Below, piece after piece: positions 38,009 through 48,257 of a DNA stretch of 64,000 nt. Both the position numbers and the translations under genes were made by a program. The stretch lies in the IMG/VR virus record IMGVR_UViG_3300031227_000015, one strand, 5' to 3'. Numbering within the stretch: position 1 is the stretch's first letter; each line of letters begins with the position of its first letter. The DNA comes from a virus. The notes beneath the pieces were generated by a model. The model did not search any database. It had not been told where the DNA came from and was given only the letters and a program-made list of their open reading frames with translations.

Positions 38009-38350
38009 ATGAAAAATCTATCTGAACGAAAAGCAAAGACAATGGAGGAATTTGAACATCTCTTCTGGTTGGCTGCAAGAGATATAGTATTCTTTTCAAC
38101 ATTTAATGAAGATTTGGATGATTGGGATGATGGATGGCATGCAGTAGTAGTTTGTAATGATATGTTTATTTATGCTTCAGCAGATGCAACCTCAATAGCT
38201 GAAGGCAGAGAACATGAAGTTAGAGAAATATTTGAAAAGTATGGTTGGGGTGGAGTAACTGCTTGGTGTTCTATTGAAAGAGGATTAGAACCTATTAAAG
38301 AGATTCAAGATGAACAGTACCATAAGGCATTAGAGGAACTAAAAATATGA
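38009..38350 (+). CDS. Hypothetical protein
   Basis: CND.F..A.AD, G..AW motif. Confidence 0.5.
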   Translation: MKNLSERKAKTMEEFEHLFWLAARDIVFFSTFNEDLDDWDDGWHAVVVCNDMFIYASADATSIAEGREHEVREIFEKYGWGGVTAWCSIERGLEPIKEIQDEQYHKALEELKI

Positions 38351-38365
38351 AAGGGGAATAATACC

Positions 38366-38968
38366 ATGAAAAACAAAGATGATTTTTTGAATATGTCAGA
38401 TAAGGATAAGGATAAGGACAAGGATAAAAGTATTAGTAGTATTTTATCTAATGATGAAAAGGATAGATTTATTTATTTGAGTGGTAGTGTAGATGAAGAT
38501 AAAGCAAAAGATGTAATTGAAAAACTTTTAGAACTTCAAACGGCAGACCCTATGGAAGAAATTACGATGGTTATTAATAGTGGCGGTGGGGATATCTATT
38601 CTATGTTTGCTATCACAGATATGATGGATAATATTTATACACCTATTAGAACTATTTGTTTAGGTACAGCCCAGTCAGCAGCAGCATTTATTTTTACTTG
38701 TGGTACTAAAGGTAGACGATTCATGACTAAACACAGCAGTTTAATGATTCATCAAGTAAGTGGGGGTGCAGGTGGAACAACAAAGGATATAGATGTACAA
38801 GTTAGAGAAATAAAATTCCTTCAAAATGAAATGAATGAAGAGATTACTAAAAGAAGTGATTTAAGTAAAAACGAAATTGAAAAACTTATAGATAGGGATT
38901 TTTATATAAGACCCCAGCAAGCAATTGAATATGGTTTATGTGATGATATTATAAAAAGGATAAGTTAA
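38366..38968 (+). CDS. clpP: ClpP-family serine protease
   Basis: R.I.L.G.V, INS.GG, G.A.SAAA, MIHQ..GG..G, DRD......A.EYGL.D. Confidence 0.92.
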   Translation: MKNKDDFLNMSDKDKDKDKDKSISSILSNDEKDRFIYLSGSVDEDKAKDVIEKLLELQTADPMEEITMVINSGGGDIYSMFAITDMMDNIYTPIRTICLGTAQSAAAFIFTCGTKGRRFMTKHSSLMIHQVSGGAGGTTKDIDVQVREIKFLQNEMNEEITKRSDLSKNEIEKLIDRDFYIRPQQAIEYGLCDDIIKRIS

Positions 38969-38973
38969 AAAAG

Positions 38974-39180
38974 ATGCTAGTAATCAAACCTTCTGTAAAT
39001 TATTGTGCTATTGATGAAGAGATATGGATTCATAACATTAGGATGTGTAGTAATGGTATCTTTGAATACCGTATTAAGAAGCCTGAAGGATATGACCATC
39101 ATAAAATATATCATAAAAGAAATGATGGATGGAAAGTATTGACAGAAAAGGTGTTGAGGATACTGAATAAAAATGGATGA
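38974..39180 (+). CDS. Hypothetical protein
   Basis: H.R.DGW..L..K.L. Confidence 0.45.
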   Translation: MLVIKPSVNYCAIDEEIWIHNIRMCSNGIFEYRIKKPEGYDHHKIYHKRNDGWKVLTEKVLRILNKNG

Positions 39181-39604
39181 TAAATGGGTAAATGAAGTAT
39201 TATTGCTGATTAAAGCTTCTTCCGATAAAGATGCTAAAAAATATCTCAAAGAAGCTTTAGAAGAATCCTTTTGTGATGGTCATGATGAATCCTTTGAAGA
39301 GGGTGTAGACCAAGGTTATAGAGATTGCTTGGATGAAGAAAGAGAAGAATGCTCGGATGAAGATGAATTACAAGAAAGATATGATGTTGGTTTTGAAAAT
39401 GGTCATGAAGAAGGGTATAATGAGGGGTATGATGGAGGACGTGAAACCGGACGTGATGAAGGACATGAAGAGGGTCACAATGAGGGGTATGATGGAGGAT
39501 ATGAAACTGGACGTATTGAAGGACATGAAGAGGGCTACAATGAAGGGTATGATAACGGTCATGAAGAAGGATACAATGAAGGAATTAGTGAAGGTAGTAT
39601 ATGA
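39173..39604 (+). CDS. G-(Y/H)-(E/N/D)-E tetrapeptide-repeat protein
   Basis: Repeated GHEEGYNEGYD. Confidence 0.6.
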   Translation: MDDKWVNEVLLLIKASSDKDAKKYLKEALEESFCDGHDESFEEGVDQGYRDCLDEEREECSDEDELQERYDVGFENGHEEGYNEGYDGGRETGRDEGHEEGHNEGYDGGYETGRIEGHEEGYNEGYDNGHEEGYNEGISEGSI

Positions 39605-40203
39605 AAATTAATAAAGCAACCATTAAAGATTGTATATTACTATTAATAGTTTCAATGTTTTTGGGGCACCTTCTATATATTATGGGTAAACAACCTATAG
39701 TAGAACAAACAAACATTGTGCCTGATTTAACGTTTGTAATGGATGCTGAAGAAAATGATTCACAAATACCCAATACTTCTGATATGATAAGGTATTTGAA
39801 TCCAAAGGTTGATATTCAGATAGCTGACCTCATTGCTAAAAGTGTTGATACCCATAGAGGTTACTTTCCAAAAGAATTAATAGTGAGTTTAATTTTTAGG
39901 GAGAGTAGCTTTAGACCATTGCTCATAAGTAACGCTGATTGCCTCGGTTTGATGCAAATAAACCCCAAAGCTCATAAGGAAAAGGTTAAGGATTTTAAGA
40001 GGTATGAATTATTTTACATAGACACTAACATAAAGATGGGATGTAAAATATTAAAGGAGTATTATGAAAAGAATAACTCTATAAAGGATGCCTTGATAAG
40101 ATATTTAGGAGCTAACAACAAGAAATATATGGAAGATATCATGTTCAATTTTGCTAACCTCATGATGATTAATACATATGAAGTTAAAGGTGAAGAAAAA
40201 TGA
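39601..40203 (+). CDS. Membrane-anchored lytic transglycosylase (SLT)
   Basis: N-terminal TM; RESSF, GLMQI, NI..G..IL, AL.RY. Confidence 0.85.
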   Translation: MKINKATIKDCILLLIVSMFLGHLLYIMGKQPIVEQTNIVPDLTFVMDAEENDSQIPNTSDMIRYLNPKVDIQIADLIAKSVDTHRGYFPKELIVSLIFRESSFRPLLISNADCLGLMQINPKAHKEKVKDFKRYELFYIDTNIKMGCKILKEYYEKNNSIKDALIRYLGANNKKYMEDIMFNFANLMMINTYEVKGEEK

Positions 40204-40514
40204 GAGTATTTGTAATTGTGGCAGTAACGTTTATTTTAGCGGCATGGCTTGGCTGGGTGATTGGGTTACCATTTCCTCGAACTGATATTGAACAAACGGT
40301 CGAGATTGGTGATGTTTGTTTGGATACATATAAGGTGTCAACGCAATTGTGGATATACCGTTATGGTAGTTTAATTTTAGATACTTGGTATAGTAATGGT
40401 AAAATAAAATGCTCCGATGTGCAACTAATCAAAATAGCTCAAATGAAGGCGGTAAAGGAAAGGTGTGAAGTCGTTGAAAAGTGCCTGAAAGATTTTAAAT
40501 ATTGTGATGATTAA
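40200..40514 (+). CDS. Membrane-anchored hypothetical protein
   Basis: N-terminal TM. Confidence 0.5.
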   Translation: MRVFVIVAVTFILAAWLGWVIGLPFPRTDIEQTVEIGDVCLDTYKVSTQLWIYRYGSLILDTWYSNGKIKCSDVQLIKIAQMKAVKERCEVVEKCLKDFKYCDD

Positions 40515-40804
40515 TAATATTTCTCAATAATTGCATCTATTAGTGATTCAATATTATAACTCATATCATTTTCACCAATCCCATTCATCCAAATAGTAAT
40601 TTCATATTTAAAATTCTCCATTTCATTTTCTGTTACTGATTTAGACAAACTAATAGCTTTTTTACCTATTTCATCGTAAAGGGAGGCACGGAGTTTTTTT
40701 CTTTTATCAATATAGGATTTTATGGATTTTTTTATGATGGAGATATCAGAATTTATATTTCTATCTTTTTCATCCAGTATATAGTGTTCCAATTTATGCT
40801 TCAT
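40511..40804 (-). CDS. Leader-bearing hypothetical protein
   Basis: MKHKLEHYILDE. Confidence 0.5.
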   Translation of the reverse strand: MKHKLEHYILDEKDRNINSDISIIKKSIKSYIDKRKKLRASLYDEIGKKAISLSKSVTENEMENFKYEITIWMNGIGENDMSYNIESLIDAIIEKYY

Positions 40805-41225
40805 TTTCCTTCTCCTTTTCATTATCCATATCTTTATCTACTACATCTCTTACATCTTCCTCATTATCTTCTGGTTTTTCCGTTGGTACCATTCCTTTTG
40901 CATGGGCACGCGTCTGCGGTATGATACCAGCCTTCTTCCCGATTGTGCTTACTACTTGTCTTAAAGCTATTATATGTTCCGATTGCTCTTTTTCCATATT
41001 GGCAAGCATAAGTCCTATAGAATACTGAAACGAGGGCTGGTCTTCAACTTTTTCAATCTCTGATTCAATCTCCTCAATGAACTTATCCATATGGTCTTCT
41101 AGCTTTCGGAGCCCATTCATTAATGTTTTCTTGGATTTCTTACGAGTAGAATCAGCCTTGGCCATTTTCCGTTTCTCATCATCCGTCATGCCTTCTTCAT
41201 TCAACCAGTCTTGTAATCTTCCCAT
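40794..41225 (-). CDS. Leader-bearing hypothetical protein
   Basis: MGRLQDWLNEE. Confidence 0.6.
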   Translation of the reverse strand: MGRLQDWLNEEGMTDDEKRKMAKADSTRKKSKKTLMNGLRKLEDHMDKFIEEIESEIEKVEDQPSFQYSIGLMLANMEKEQSEHIIALRQVVSTIGKKAGIIPQTRAHAKGMVPTEKPEDNEEDVRDVVDKDMDNEKEKENEA

Positions 41226-41743
41226 TATTTTTTACTCCTTTCCAACCTAATTTCTATACCGTTTATCTCAATATCAATATCATCAGGTAATTCGTAAGGT
41301 AACGACTTCTTTCTTTCTGCATATGCGTATCCTTTGAACACATCCGTATGTTTTTTGAGTATATATTTTGATATTTTTCTGAACATATCAATTTTACGCT
41401 TTTCTGCAAATATATAATACTCTATAGCCTTAGGTCTAATAGTTTCTATAAGTTCCTTCATAACTACAGCTACACCATCCATCACACTAAATGGCGTATG
41501 TTTATTGGTTATATTAGCCAATATGCTACCTGTTGGGTCATTGTATGTAAATGATAAATGATAAACCTTATTACCTTTATGGAAAACATTAACAGTATAA
41601 TAATCCTTACCAACCCAAAAATACCATTCATTCTTACCTTTCCATTTTACTACAGTCGTTAGATCAATAGCTTCATTAATACCATTGATATAATTATTCT
41701 CATCCACCGTTGACCAAAATTTATAATATTCCTGCAACCTCAC
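41225..41743 (-). CDS. Leader-bearing hypothetical protein
   Basis: MRLQEY...INEA. Confidence 0.55.
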   Translation of the reverse strand: MRLQEYYKFWSTVDENNYINGINEAIDLTTVVKWKGKNEWYFWVGKDYYTVNVFHKGNKVYHLSFTYNDPTGSILANITNKHTPFSVMDGVAVVMKELIETIRPKAIEYYIFAEKRKIDMFRKISKYILKKHTDVFKGYAYAERKKSLPYELPDDIDIEINGIEIRLERSKK

Positions 41744-41755
41744 TCTGTTTCTTTT

Positions 41756-42007
41756 TTACTCCTTATCCAGCATTTCCATAACACTTTCATATGTTTTCTT
41801 TTTTTTCTTTTTCTTACCAACCTTCATATTATATTTATCATTACCTATAGATGTTATGACTATTTTATCATTTTTTATATCAAATTGTAAACTCTTGCCT
41901 GAACTTGTGATATTTTTAGCATCCCATTCAGCAAAAATATGAGGATTACTTGACTTCAACATATTCATTATTGTTTGTGCTACAGATTCAGGTAATTTTT
42001 GTCTCAT
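41756..42007 (-). CDS. Basic hypothetical protein
   Basis: ORF in operon. Confidence 0.5.
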   Translation of the reverse strand: MRQKLPESVAQTIMNMLKSSNPHIFAEWDAKNITSSGKSLQFDIKNDKIVITSIGNDKYNMKVGKKKKKKKTYESVMEMLDKE

Positions 42008-43438
42008 TTAGTCCTCCAATTCCTTATCCTTCATGACCTTTACGATTTCAGTTTGTATTTTCCTCATAAAATCAGTAAAACCTTTACCATAAAAGTTTAG
42101 ACCACTAACGTTCGTGATATCTTTATGGCCTCCTGACTGGCTCATTACTAAATCCCATAAACTTATACTTACCTTCTTCAATATACTCTTTTGTTCCTTT
42201 GATAATTGTGTATATGGTTTATTAGTAATGTCCTTTATCATACCTTCCCATCTATCATTTCCTTTCAAACCTTTGATATCCTTTTCAAATAGAGCCATCA
42301 TATCCTTGAAAGTGAAACCCATTGATTCTGCATTAAATGATTTATCCTTCTCAAAGGTGTATTTTATGTAATCCAGAGTTACCTTTATAGACTGCATTTT
42401 ACTCTTGAATTTAGGCAATACTTTTTTCATTACTATATCACCAAGATGGTATGGATTCTTACCACCCTTGAATGGGTTTTTACTCAATTGTACCAAACCC
42501 ATCGGCCACACAATAGTATAGAAATCTGCTGTAGGGTGGTTTTTAAATGGTGTATAACGGTCATAAAGATTTCCCTTACCCATAAAACCACCACCATATT
42601 GTACTATAGTGGTACCTATTAATATGGAAGCACCGCTTTTTAAACTCTTCACGTCACTTAATTTACCATTAATCTTAATTTTACCTTTAACTTGCTTAAT
42701 ATATTTTTCTTGATCTGTTTCTAATTGTTCAGGTGGTCTATAACCAGCTTCTTTAGCTATTTTAATTGTTGTATTATATATAGAAATGAGTGAAGGTTTT
42801 GCTTGCATTACCAAGTCTGTAAGGAAATCCTTTTTGTTTTTATGGGCTAATATTAATTTGTTTGTAGCGAAACCCATCATTTGGTGATTTACCTTACCAC
42901 CTTTCCTTTTATCAACCTTGAATACCGCTCTCATAATATCATCGGGCGTAAGATCCTGTGAGCCAAAATCTGCCGAATCAACTGTGGATATTATCTTAAC
43001 ATCTTTCGGTGGAAATAGGTCATTAGGAGATAATACTTGTGATATATAGGCTGCATTAGAAGGGGTCTTAACAAAAGAAGTGGAGGTTCCCTTTTCTACA
43101 CCTATCTGGCCTTCATGGTGGTCGGTGTGTATATTCATTACAGGTTTACCATGTGCGAAATCAACCATACAAACCAATGTCTTATTTTTTGGTTTAGGCA
43201 CTGCATACTCTTCTCCTCCGTACTGAATAGGATGTGCATCAATAGTTTTGATCCTATATTTTTGTAAATAAGCCTTCAATCCTATAGCTGAAGTAACACC
43301 GTCAAGTCAAAGATCCTTATGGAAGTAGATTTCTGCAGTCTTGTATTCTTTCGCAAGATCAGTAATATTGCGCAAACCCGATTCCATAAGGACCGATAAT
43401 ACCTCCTCTACGTCATTAAGTCTTTCCAAAATATTCAT
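42008..43438 (-). CDS. DHH/DHHA1 phosphoesterase interrupted by an in-frame TGA (candidate recoding)
   Basis: ATG at 43438 overlaps the upstream stop; IYFHKDL*LDGVTSA, VDF, TDHH, VDSADF, GGH. Confidence 0.85.
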
Positions 43439-43839
43439 GCTATGTAACCTCCCATATATTTATATACTGCATTTATGGCTTTATTCATTCGTTTTTCAAA
43501 TTTTTTAGCAAGAAGTATGGGATTTTCTTTATAATTAAAACCGTTAACAAATATTGTACGACCTTCAGGATGTATTCTTCCACTTATAGTATTACTTTCA
43601 TAAAATTCTTTATTAACAATTTCCATTAATTCCCAATGTGCAAACCAAGGTTTATTAGAGGAAACCTTTTTTATTTCTTTATTATTCTTATAAATTATCC
43701 ATTTTGAATCTTTATAGATAGACCATAATAAACCTGTAGAGTCTGACCATACAAAAGTGGGTACATATTCTTTTAAAAATATTTCAGCATTTGTTTGTTT
43801 TACTCTCGCTTCCCCTAATAAATATTGTTGAAATCTCAT
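43435..43839 (-). CDS. Leader-bearing protein, paralog of 22700
   Basis: MRFQQYLLGEARVKQTNA. Confidence 0.6.
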   Translation of the reverse strand: MRFQQYLLGEARVKQTNAEIFLKEYVPTFVWSDSTGLLWSIYKDSKWIIYKNNKEIKKVSSNKPWFAHWELMEIVNKEFYESNTISGRIHPEGRTIFVNGFNYKENPILLAKKFEKRMNKAINAVYKYMGGYIA

Positions 43840-44564
43840 ATTATTAGTTCCTTTATAATTAACTGTAATTCATATGAATGGTCTACTGCCATTACTATAT
43901 ATTCCTTACATTTAAATATTGCTTCAAAATTATATTTGTCAGAATTGGGTACTAATCCAGATGTTTTGTAATCCTTGGAATAAATATCTTCAATCTCTAA
44001 TTTAAAATCATTAAGAAATGTCAATGCATCATCAATATCTTTTTTACTTTTATCAATAGCAGACTTTTCAACATCTTTAAAATAATCAATCCAGTCATCT
44101 TTATTAGATTCATTAAATTTTTTAATATCTTTCAAGTGTTCAGCATGATAATTATAACGGTCATAAAGATCATATATATCATCCGTATTCTTTATCCATA
44201 CATATTTATAATTACCAGAAGGTATAAAGATAGTTTTTTGTCCATAAGTTTTAGCCTTCATATGATTACCAGTAAATACACCATCACTTCTTATATTCCA
44301 TCCGAACAACTTCTTACCCATTTTATTCATAAAAGCATGAAGATCCTTGTTTATAAACCTCGGTAATCTATCTGTTCTTGGTTTCAATACTCTGAAAGTT
44401 TTTACATTTTGACCTTTTAGACCACGATATATGAAATTGTTCCTTATATAGTCTTTTCCAAACTCTTTAAGGAAAGGCTTGCAGTTATTAGCAATATAAT
44501 CACTGAGTTGTCCTCTTGTTCTATTACTCAAAGTGTTTTCATTTATATACTGTTGTAGTCTCAT
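43836..44564 (-). CDS. Leader-bearing protein, paralog of 19359
   Basis: MRLQQYINE; CKP, YRG, R.DR.P, FGW..RS.GVF. Confidence 0.6.
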   Translation of the reverse strand: MRLQQYINENTLSNRTRGQLSDYIANNCKPFLKEFGKDYIRNNFIYRGLKGQNVKTFRVLKPRTDRLPRFINKDLHAFMNKMGKKLFGWNIRSDGVFTGNHMKAKTYGQKTIFIPSGNYKYVWIKNTDDIYDLYDRYNYHAEHLKDIKKFNESNKDDWIDYFKDVEKSAIDKSKKDIDDALTFLNDFKLEIEDIYSKDYKTSGLVPNSDKYNFEAIFKCKEYIVMAVDHSYELQLIIKELII

Positions 44565-45085
44565 ATGTTTTTCACTATTTTTAATTTTTTAGTGTTAAAC
44601 CATACAGTTGATTCAACATCCCATGAATACAATGATGATGACAATGATGATAAATTTTTATTTTTTCGTACACCATTTGAGGTAACATATAAAGCATCAT
44701 AAACCTTTGAAAACTTTACAAAGTCTATATAGGTGTTATCCATTCTCAATTCGCTTTCCATAAATTTATAAGGGAATTTTTCTAATAATTTTTCAAAATG
44801 GGAACTATTGTCTATAATATACATACTTACACCCGGTTGGATTTCTAAAACTGTACCACTTGAAATATCACCATAACCCTCTCCTTCAGACCATTCAGCC
44901 CACTCAGACCATTTATCACCTTTAAGGGTGCTTGTCCAGAATCCATTATCAGGTTTATTTAAAAAAGCTTGTTTATTAGTGGTGTTCTTTTTAACGGGTT
45001 TTAAACTTTTTATAGCAGGCATAGCTAATTGATATCTATAACCTTTTGCTACCGCCTCATTTATATATTTCTGTAGTCTGCTCAT
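44561..45085 (-). CDS. Leader-bearing hypothetical protein
   Basis: MSRLQKYINEA; KP.NGFWTS, YDA, WDVES. Confidence 0.6.
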   Translation of the reverse strand: MSRLQKYINEAVAKGYRYQLAMPAIKSLKPVKKNTTNKQAFLNKPDNGFWTSTLKGDKWSEWAEWSEGEGYGDISSGTVLEIQPGVSMYIIDNSSHFEKLLEKFPYKFMESELRMDNTYIDFVKFSKVYDALYVTSNGVRKNKNLSSLSSSLYSWDVESTVWFNTKKLKIVKNI

Positions 45086-45087
45086 CA

Positions 45088-45525
45088 CTAACTCCCTAAC
45101 ATCTTACCGAAGCGTGTCTTAGGTTTCTTAACTTCTACCACTTTCTTTTTTTCCACTACTTTCTTTTCCACCACCTTCTTTACATCAATATTCAGCTTTT
45201 TAATCTCTTTGATATCTTTGACCTTGGCTTCTACTACTACAGGAGATTCAATTTTTATAGTATCTTCCCATGGCACTATATAGGTATCATCAGCTATAAT
45301 TTCCAGTTTAGCTTCTATATTCTCATCTATAAGTTTACCTTTAATCAAATCACCCAATGCAGGTATCGTTACATATATAGAACTATCTGATACTTGAATA
45401 GGGAACCCATATTCTATATCTTCTAATACAATACGCATAGCACCTTTCAAATTTTCGACTTCTACACCTTGTACAGAAATATCAAACTCTATGGATTTAG
45501 ACTCATTAGTGTTTAGTGTTATCAT
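45088..45525 (-). CDS. Hypothetical protein, probably virion-associated
   Basis: Beta-rich N-terminus, K/V-rich tail. Confidence 0.5.
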   Translation of the reverse strand: MITLNTNESKSIEFDISVQGVEVENLKGAMRIVLEDIEYGFPIQVSDSSIYVTIPALGDLIKGKLIDENIEAKLEIIADDTYIVPWEDTIKIESPVVVEAKVKDIKEIKKLNIDVKKVVEKKVVEKKKVVEVKKPKTRFGKMLGS

Positions 45526-45712
45526 AATCTTTAATCTCCTTTACTACTATATATTTCTCTTTACTCTTTTCATCAATTTTGACCCTATTAATTCTGACAA
45601 TAGGTTTTCTTTTTTGTATAGGCCCTCCGCCCCCACCGCCTGAACGTGTAAATATTGCGTTCCTTGTAGGAGGACTGGCGAATTTACCCATGGTTGCAAT
45701 TGAAATACTCAT
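45506..45712 (-). CDS. Hypothetical protein
   Basis: SIAT.G, Gly run; late motif TATAAATA upstream on the minus strand. Confidence 0.5.
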   Translation of the reverse strand: MSISIATMGKFASPPTRNAIFTRSGGGGGGPIQKRKPIVRINRVKIDEKSKEKYIVVKEIKDYDNTKH

Positions 45713-45734
45713 ATCGTATCCTTATTTATATATT

Positions 45735-47255
45735 TTAGTCGGCCACAACAATTCTTATACTAACCGAATCTACAGGCATCCAAATTCTTAAAAGTGAAGA
45801 GCTCACAGCACTTACTTGATATGGTAAAATAGATTCATTGTCATCATTGTCCCAGCATTGATAGTGAACGAATTGTGTTCCTATTGTAGAAGTATCGATA
45901 TCACTGTAATATAGTGTGTCACCTGAAGGTGTCCATGAATTTACAACTGTTGAAAGACCCACAAATGATGTACCAGATGATCCACTTGTGCCTGAGCTAC
46001 CAGAGGAGCCTGAGGAGCCTGAGGAGCCACTCGTTCCTGAACTGCCTGAACTACCATTCGTGCCTGAAGTTCCGCTTGAGCCTGAACTGCCACTACTACC
46101 ACTCGTTCCTGAACTTCCGCTTGTGCCTGAACTACCACTCGTTCCTGAACTTCCGCTTGTGCCTGAACTTCCGCTTGTGCCTGAACTACCACTCGTTCCT
46201 GAACTGCCACTACTACCACTCGTTCCTGAACTTCCGCTTGTACCAGAAGAGCCACTCGTTCCTGAGCTTCCGCTTGAGCCTGATGTCCCTGAACTACCAC
46301 TCGTTCCAGAAGAGCCTGAACTACCATTCGTGCCTGAAGTTCCGCTTGAGCCTGAACTGCCACTACTACCACTCGTTCCAGAAGAGCCTGAACTACCATT
46401 CGTGCCTGAAGTTCCGCTTGAACCAGAAGTTCCGCTTGTGCCGCTCGTGCCTGAAGAGCCTGAGCTTCCTAATAAACCATCCTCACCCTTATCACCGGTT
46501 CTAGCAAATGTAATTACTACATTATCACCATCTCCAAAAGGATTGGTTTCAGATGAATCAATCATAGATATCGTTATATCAAAGTATCCGGTTTCTTCAT
46601 CTAATGAACTTATTGTACCTAATAGAAACTTACTTGTATCAAACCTTCTTGTAAATTTTACATGCCCCTTTATAGTACTTGTAGAATCATCTATGGTTCT
46701 CATGTATAATTGTATATCTGAACCATTTATATCGGTATCACTTATGTATATTCCTGTAGATGAATTTTGAGTAACATTGTCTAATCTAACTGACCCACTT
46801 CCTGGATCAGATTTTGTAGTTGTTGTACTAAAATCATATTCAAATGCTGCTCCACCAAAATTACCATCCTGTCCTGAAGTTCCACTCGAACCTGAACTGC
46901 CTGAACTGCCTGAACTACCAGAGGAACCTGAACTTCCAGAGGAGCCACTACTTCCAGAACTTCCACTCGTACCAGAGGAGCCTGATGTACCAGAACTTCC
47001 AGAAGTGCCTGAACTTCCTGATGTACCACTACTTCCACTTGTGCCTGAACTTCCACAAGTACCACTCGTACCGCAGCTACCACTTGTGCCTGAACTACCA
47101 CTAGTGCCTGATGTACCACTGCTTCCACTTGTACCAGCAACAATAGAAGGAGTATTGGTAATAAGATGCCCACCCCAATCAACATCACTATCTATAACTA
47201 TTTCAGAAATTCTATCTACTACTCTGAAAGTTGTCATATCTCCACCTGCTTCCAT
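45735..47255 (-). CDS. Gly-Ser-Ser/Gly-Thr-Ser triplet-repeat protein (collagen-like fibre)
   Basis: Two long G-(S/T)-S tracts flanking a globular domain ending RTGDKG. Confidence 0.75.
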   Translation of the reverse strand: MEAGGDMTTFRVVDRISEIVIDSDVDWGGHLITNTPSIVAGTSGSSGTSGTSGSSGTSGSCGTSGTCGSSGTSGSSGTSGSSGTSGSSGTSGSSGTSGSSGSSGSSGSSGSSGSSGSSGSSGSSGTSGQDGNFGGAAFEYDFSTTTTKSDPGSGSVRLDNVTQNSSTGIYISDTDINGSDIQLYMRTIDDSTSTIKGHVKFTRRFDTSKFLLGTISSLDEETGYFDITISMIDSSETNPFGDGDNVVITFARTGDKGEDGLLGSSGSSGTSGTSGTSGSSGTSGTNGSSGSSGTSGSSGSSGSSGTSGTNGSSGSSGTSGSSGTSGSSGSSGTSGSSGTSGSSGTSGSSGSSGTSGSSGTSGSSGTSGSSGTSGSSGTSGSSGTSGSSGSSGSSGTSGTNGSSGSSGTSGSSGSSGSSGSSGTSGSSGTSFVGLSTVVNSWTPSGDTLYYSDIDTSTIGTQFVHYQCWDNDDNESILPYQVSAVSSSLLRIWMPVDSVSIRIVVAD

Positions 47256-48244
47256 GATGAGAATTTACCTGAACCATCACCTACTGCACTTACTTGATAT
47301 GTAGAAAGTACATTATTCGATGTACCCACACTTTCAGCAGACGTGTATATTCTTACTCTCAAAGATTCTAAATTGTCACTACTATCATAGGAAGGATTGT
47401 CCATATAGATATTAGAATGCACTAATCCTAATATCTTTTCTACATCTATGTTGATATCATTGACGAACTTGAATACATTACCATTAAAATCCTCACTTGA
47501 CCAAGCTCTGCTATCATCCCCTGTATCCCACAATATGGAACCTTGCCAATCATCATCAAATGTGATATTAGCGGCATAGCATCCACCACTTGTGCCTACT
47601 GAATATACACCAGATTCAGTTCTAGCTCTATACTCACCACCGTCAGCATTATAAAGTGTATAACCAACTGTTGACAAATTGGATTTTGAATTACCGAAGT
47701 TAACAGTTCTTACTAATGCACCAGATGTAGGTGTTGATGTTACATCCCCTGCTACCGATGAACTATATATACTGGATAATAACCACCCTGTAGATAATGG
47801 TATATCATGATCCGAACCTATTTCATCCCATACATCACCTGCTAGACTACTTACATCAGCTTTGTATTGGTCAGGATCGTCAAGGTCTGCTTGTATTGCA
47901 TCTATTTTATCTTCCTGTGCAGTTGTCAATCCACTACCTGAAGAAGCATCAGTAAGAACACATATATCTTCAACCATGGTGGAAGCAAATTCATCAGCAT
48001 CACTTATAGACCATTTGAGTATATAATTACCAATAGTTTGGTCAGTCCAGTCAATAGATACATCAAGAAGATCATAATAGCAATAATGAGTGCTATTCCA
48101 TGCAGCTGTCTGAGCAGATACAGCAATAGTTGTTAGGTCGTTTTCATATATAGAATAGGTAACTGTGGCTTCGTCTTCATATGTGTTATCGCTTTTGATT
48201 AATTGTAGTGTAAAACCAGAGTTTTTCCCCTTGATTATTTGCAT
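47234..48244 (-). CDS. Probable virion structural protein
   Basis: Acidic, S/T-rich, Ig-like beta pattern; A.DVWDE. Confidence 0.5.
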   Translation of the reverse strand: MQIIKGKNSGFTLQLIKSDNTYEDEATVTYSIYENDLTTIAVSAQTAAWNSTHYCYYDLLDVSIDWTDQTIGNYILKWSISDADEFASTMVEDICVLTDASSGSGLTTAQEDKIDAIQADLDDPDQYKADVSSLAGDVWDEIGSDHDIPLSTGWLLSSIYSSSVAGDVTSTPTSGALVRTVNFGNSKSNLSTVGYTLYNADGGEYRARTESGVYSVGTSGGCYAANITFDDDWQGSILWDTGDDSRAWSSEDFNGNVFKFVNDINIDVEKILGLVHSNIYMDNPSYDSSDNLESLRVRIYTSAESVGTSNNVLSTYQVSAVGDGSGKFSSWKQVEI

Positions 48245-48257
48245 TATCCATCCTTAA

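Noticed and set aside
39333-39611. Alternate-frame M/K-rich ORF
   Set aside because: Frame shadow of the GYEE repeat gene
43307-43309. TGA as selenocysteine or a reassigned codon
   Set aside because: TGA ends many genes here (ATGA overlaps), and inserting a residue would break the HxDxDG spacing
45914-47304. Long + strand ORFs (PELPLVPE.. and similar) and alternate-frame - strand ORFs
   Set aside because: Shadows of the G-S-S/G-T-S repeat gene
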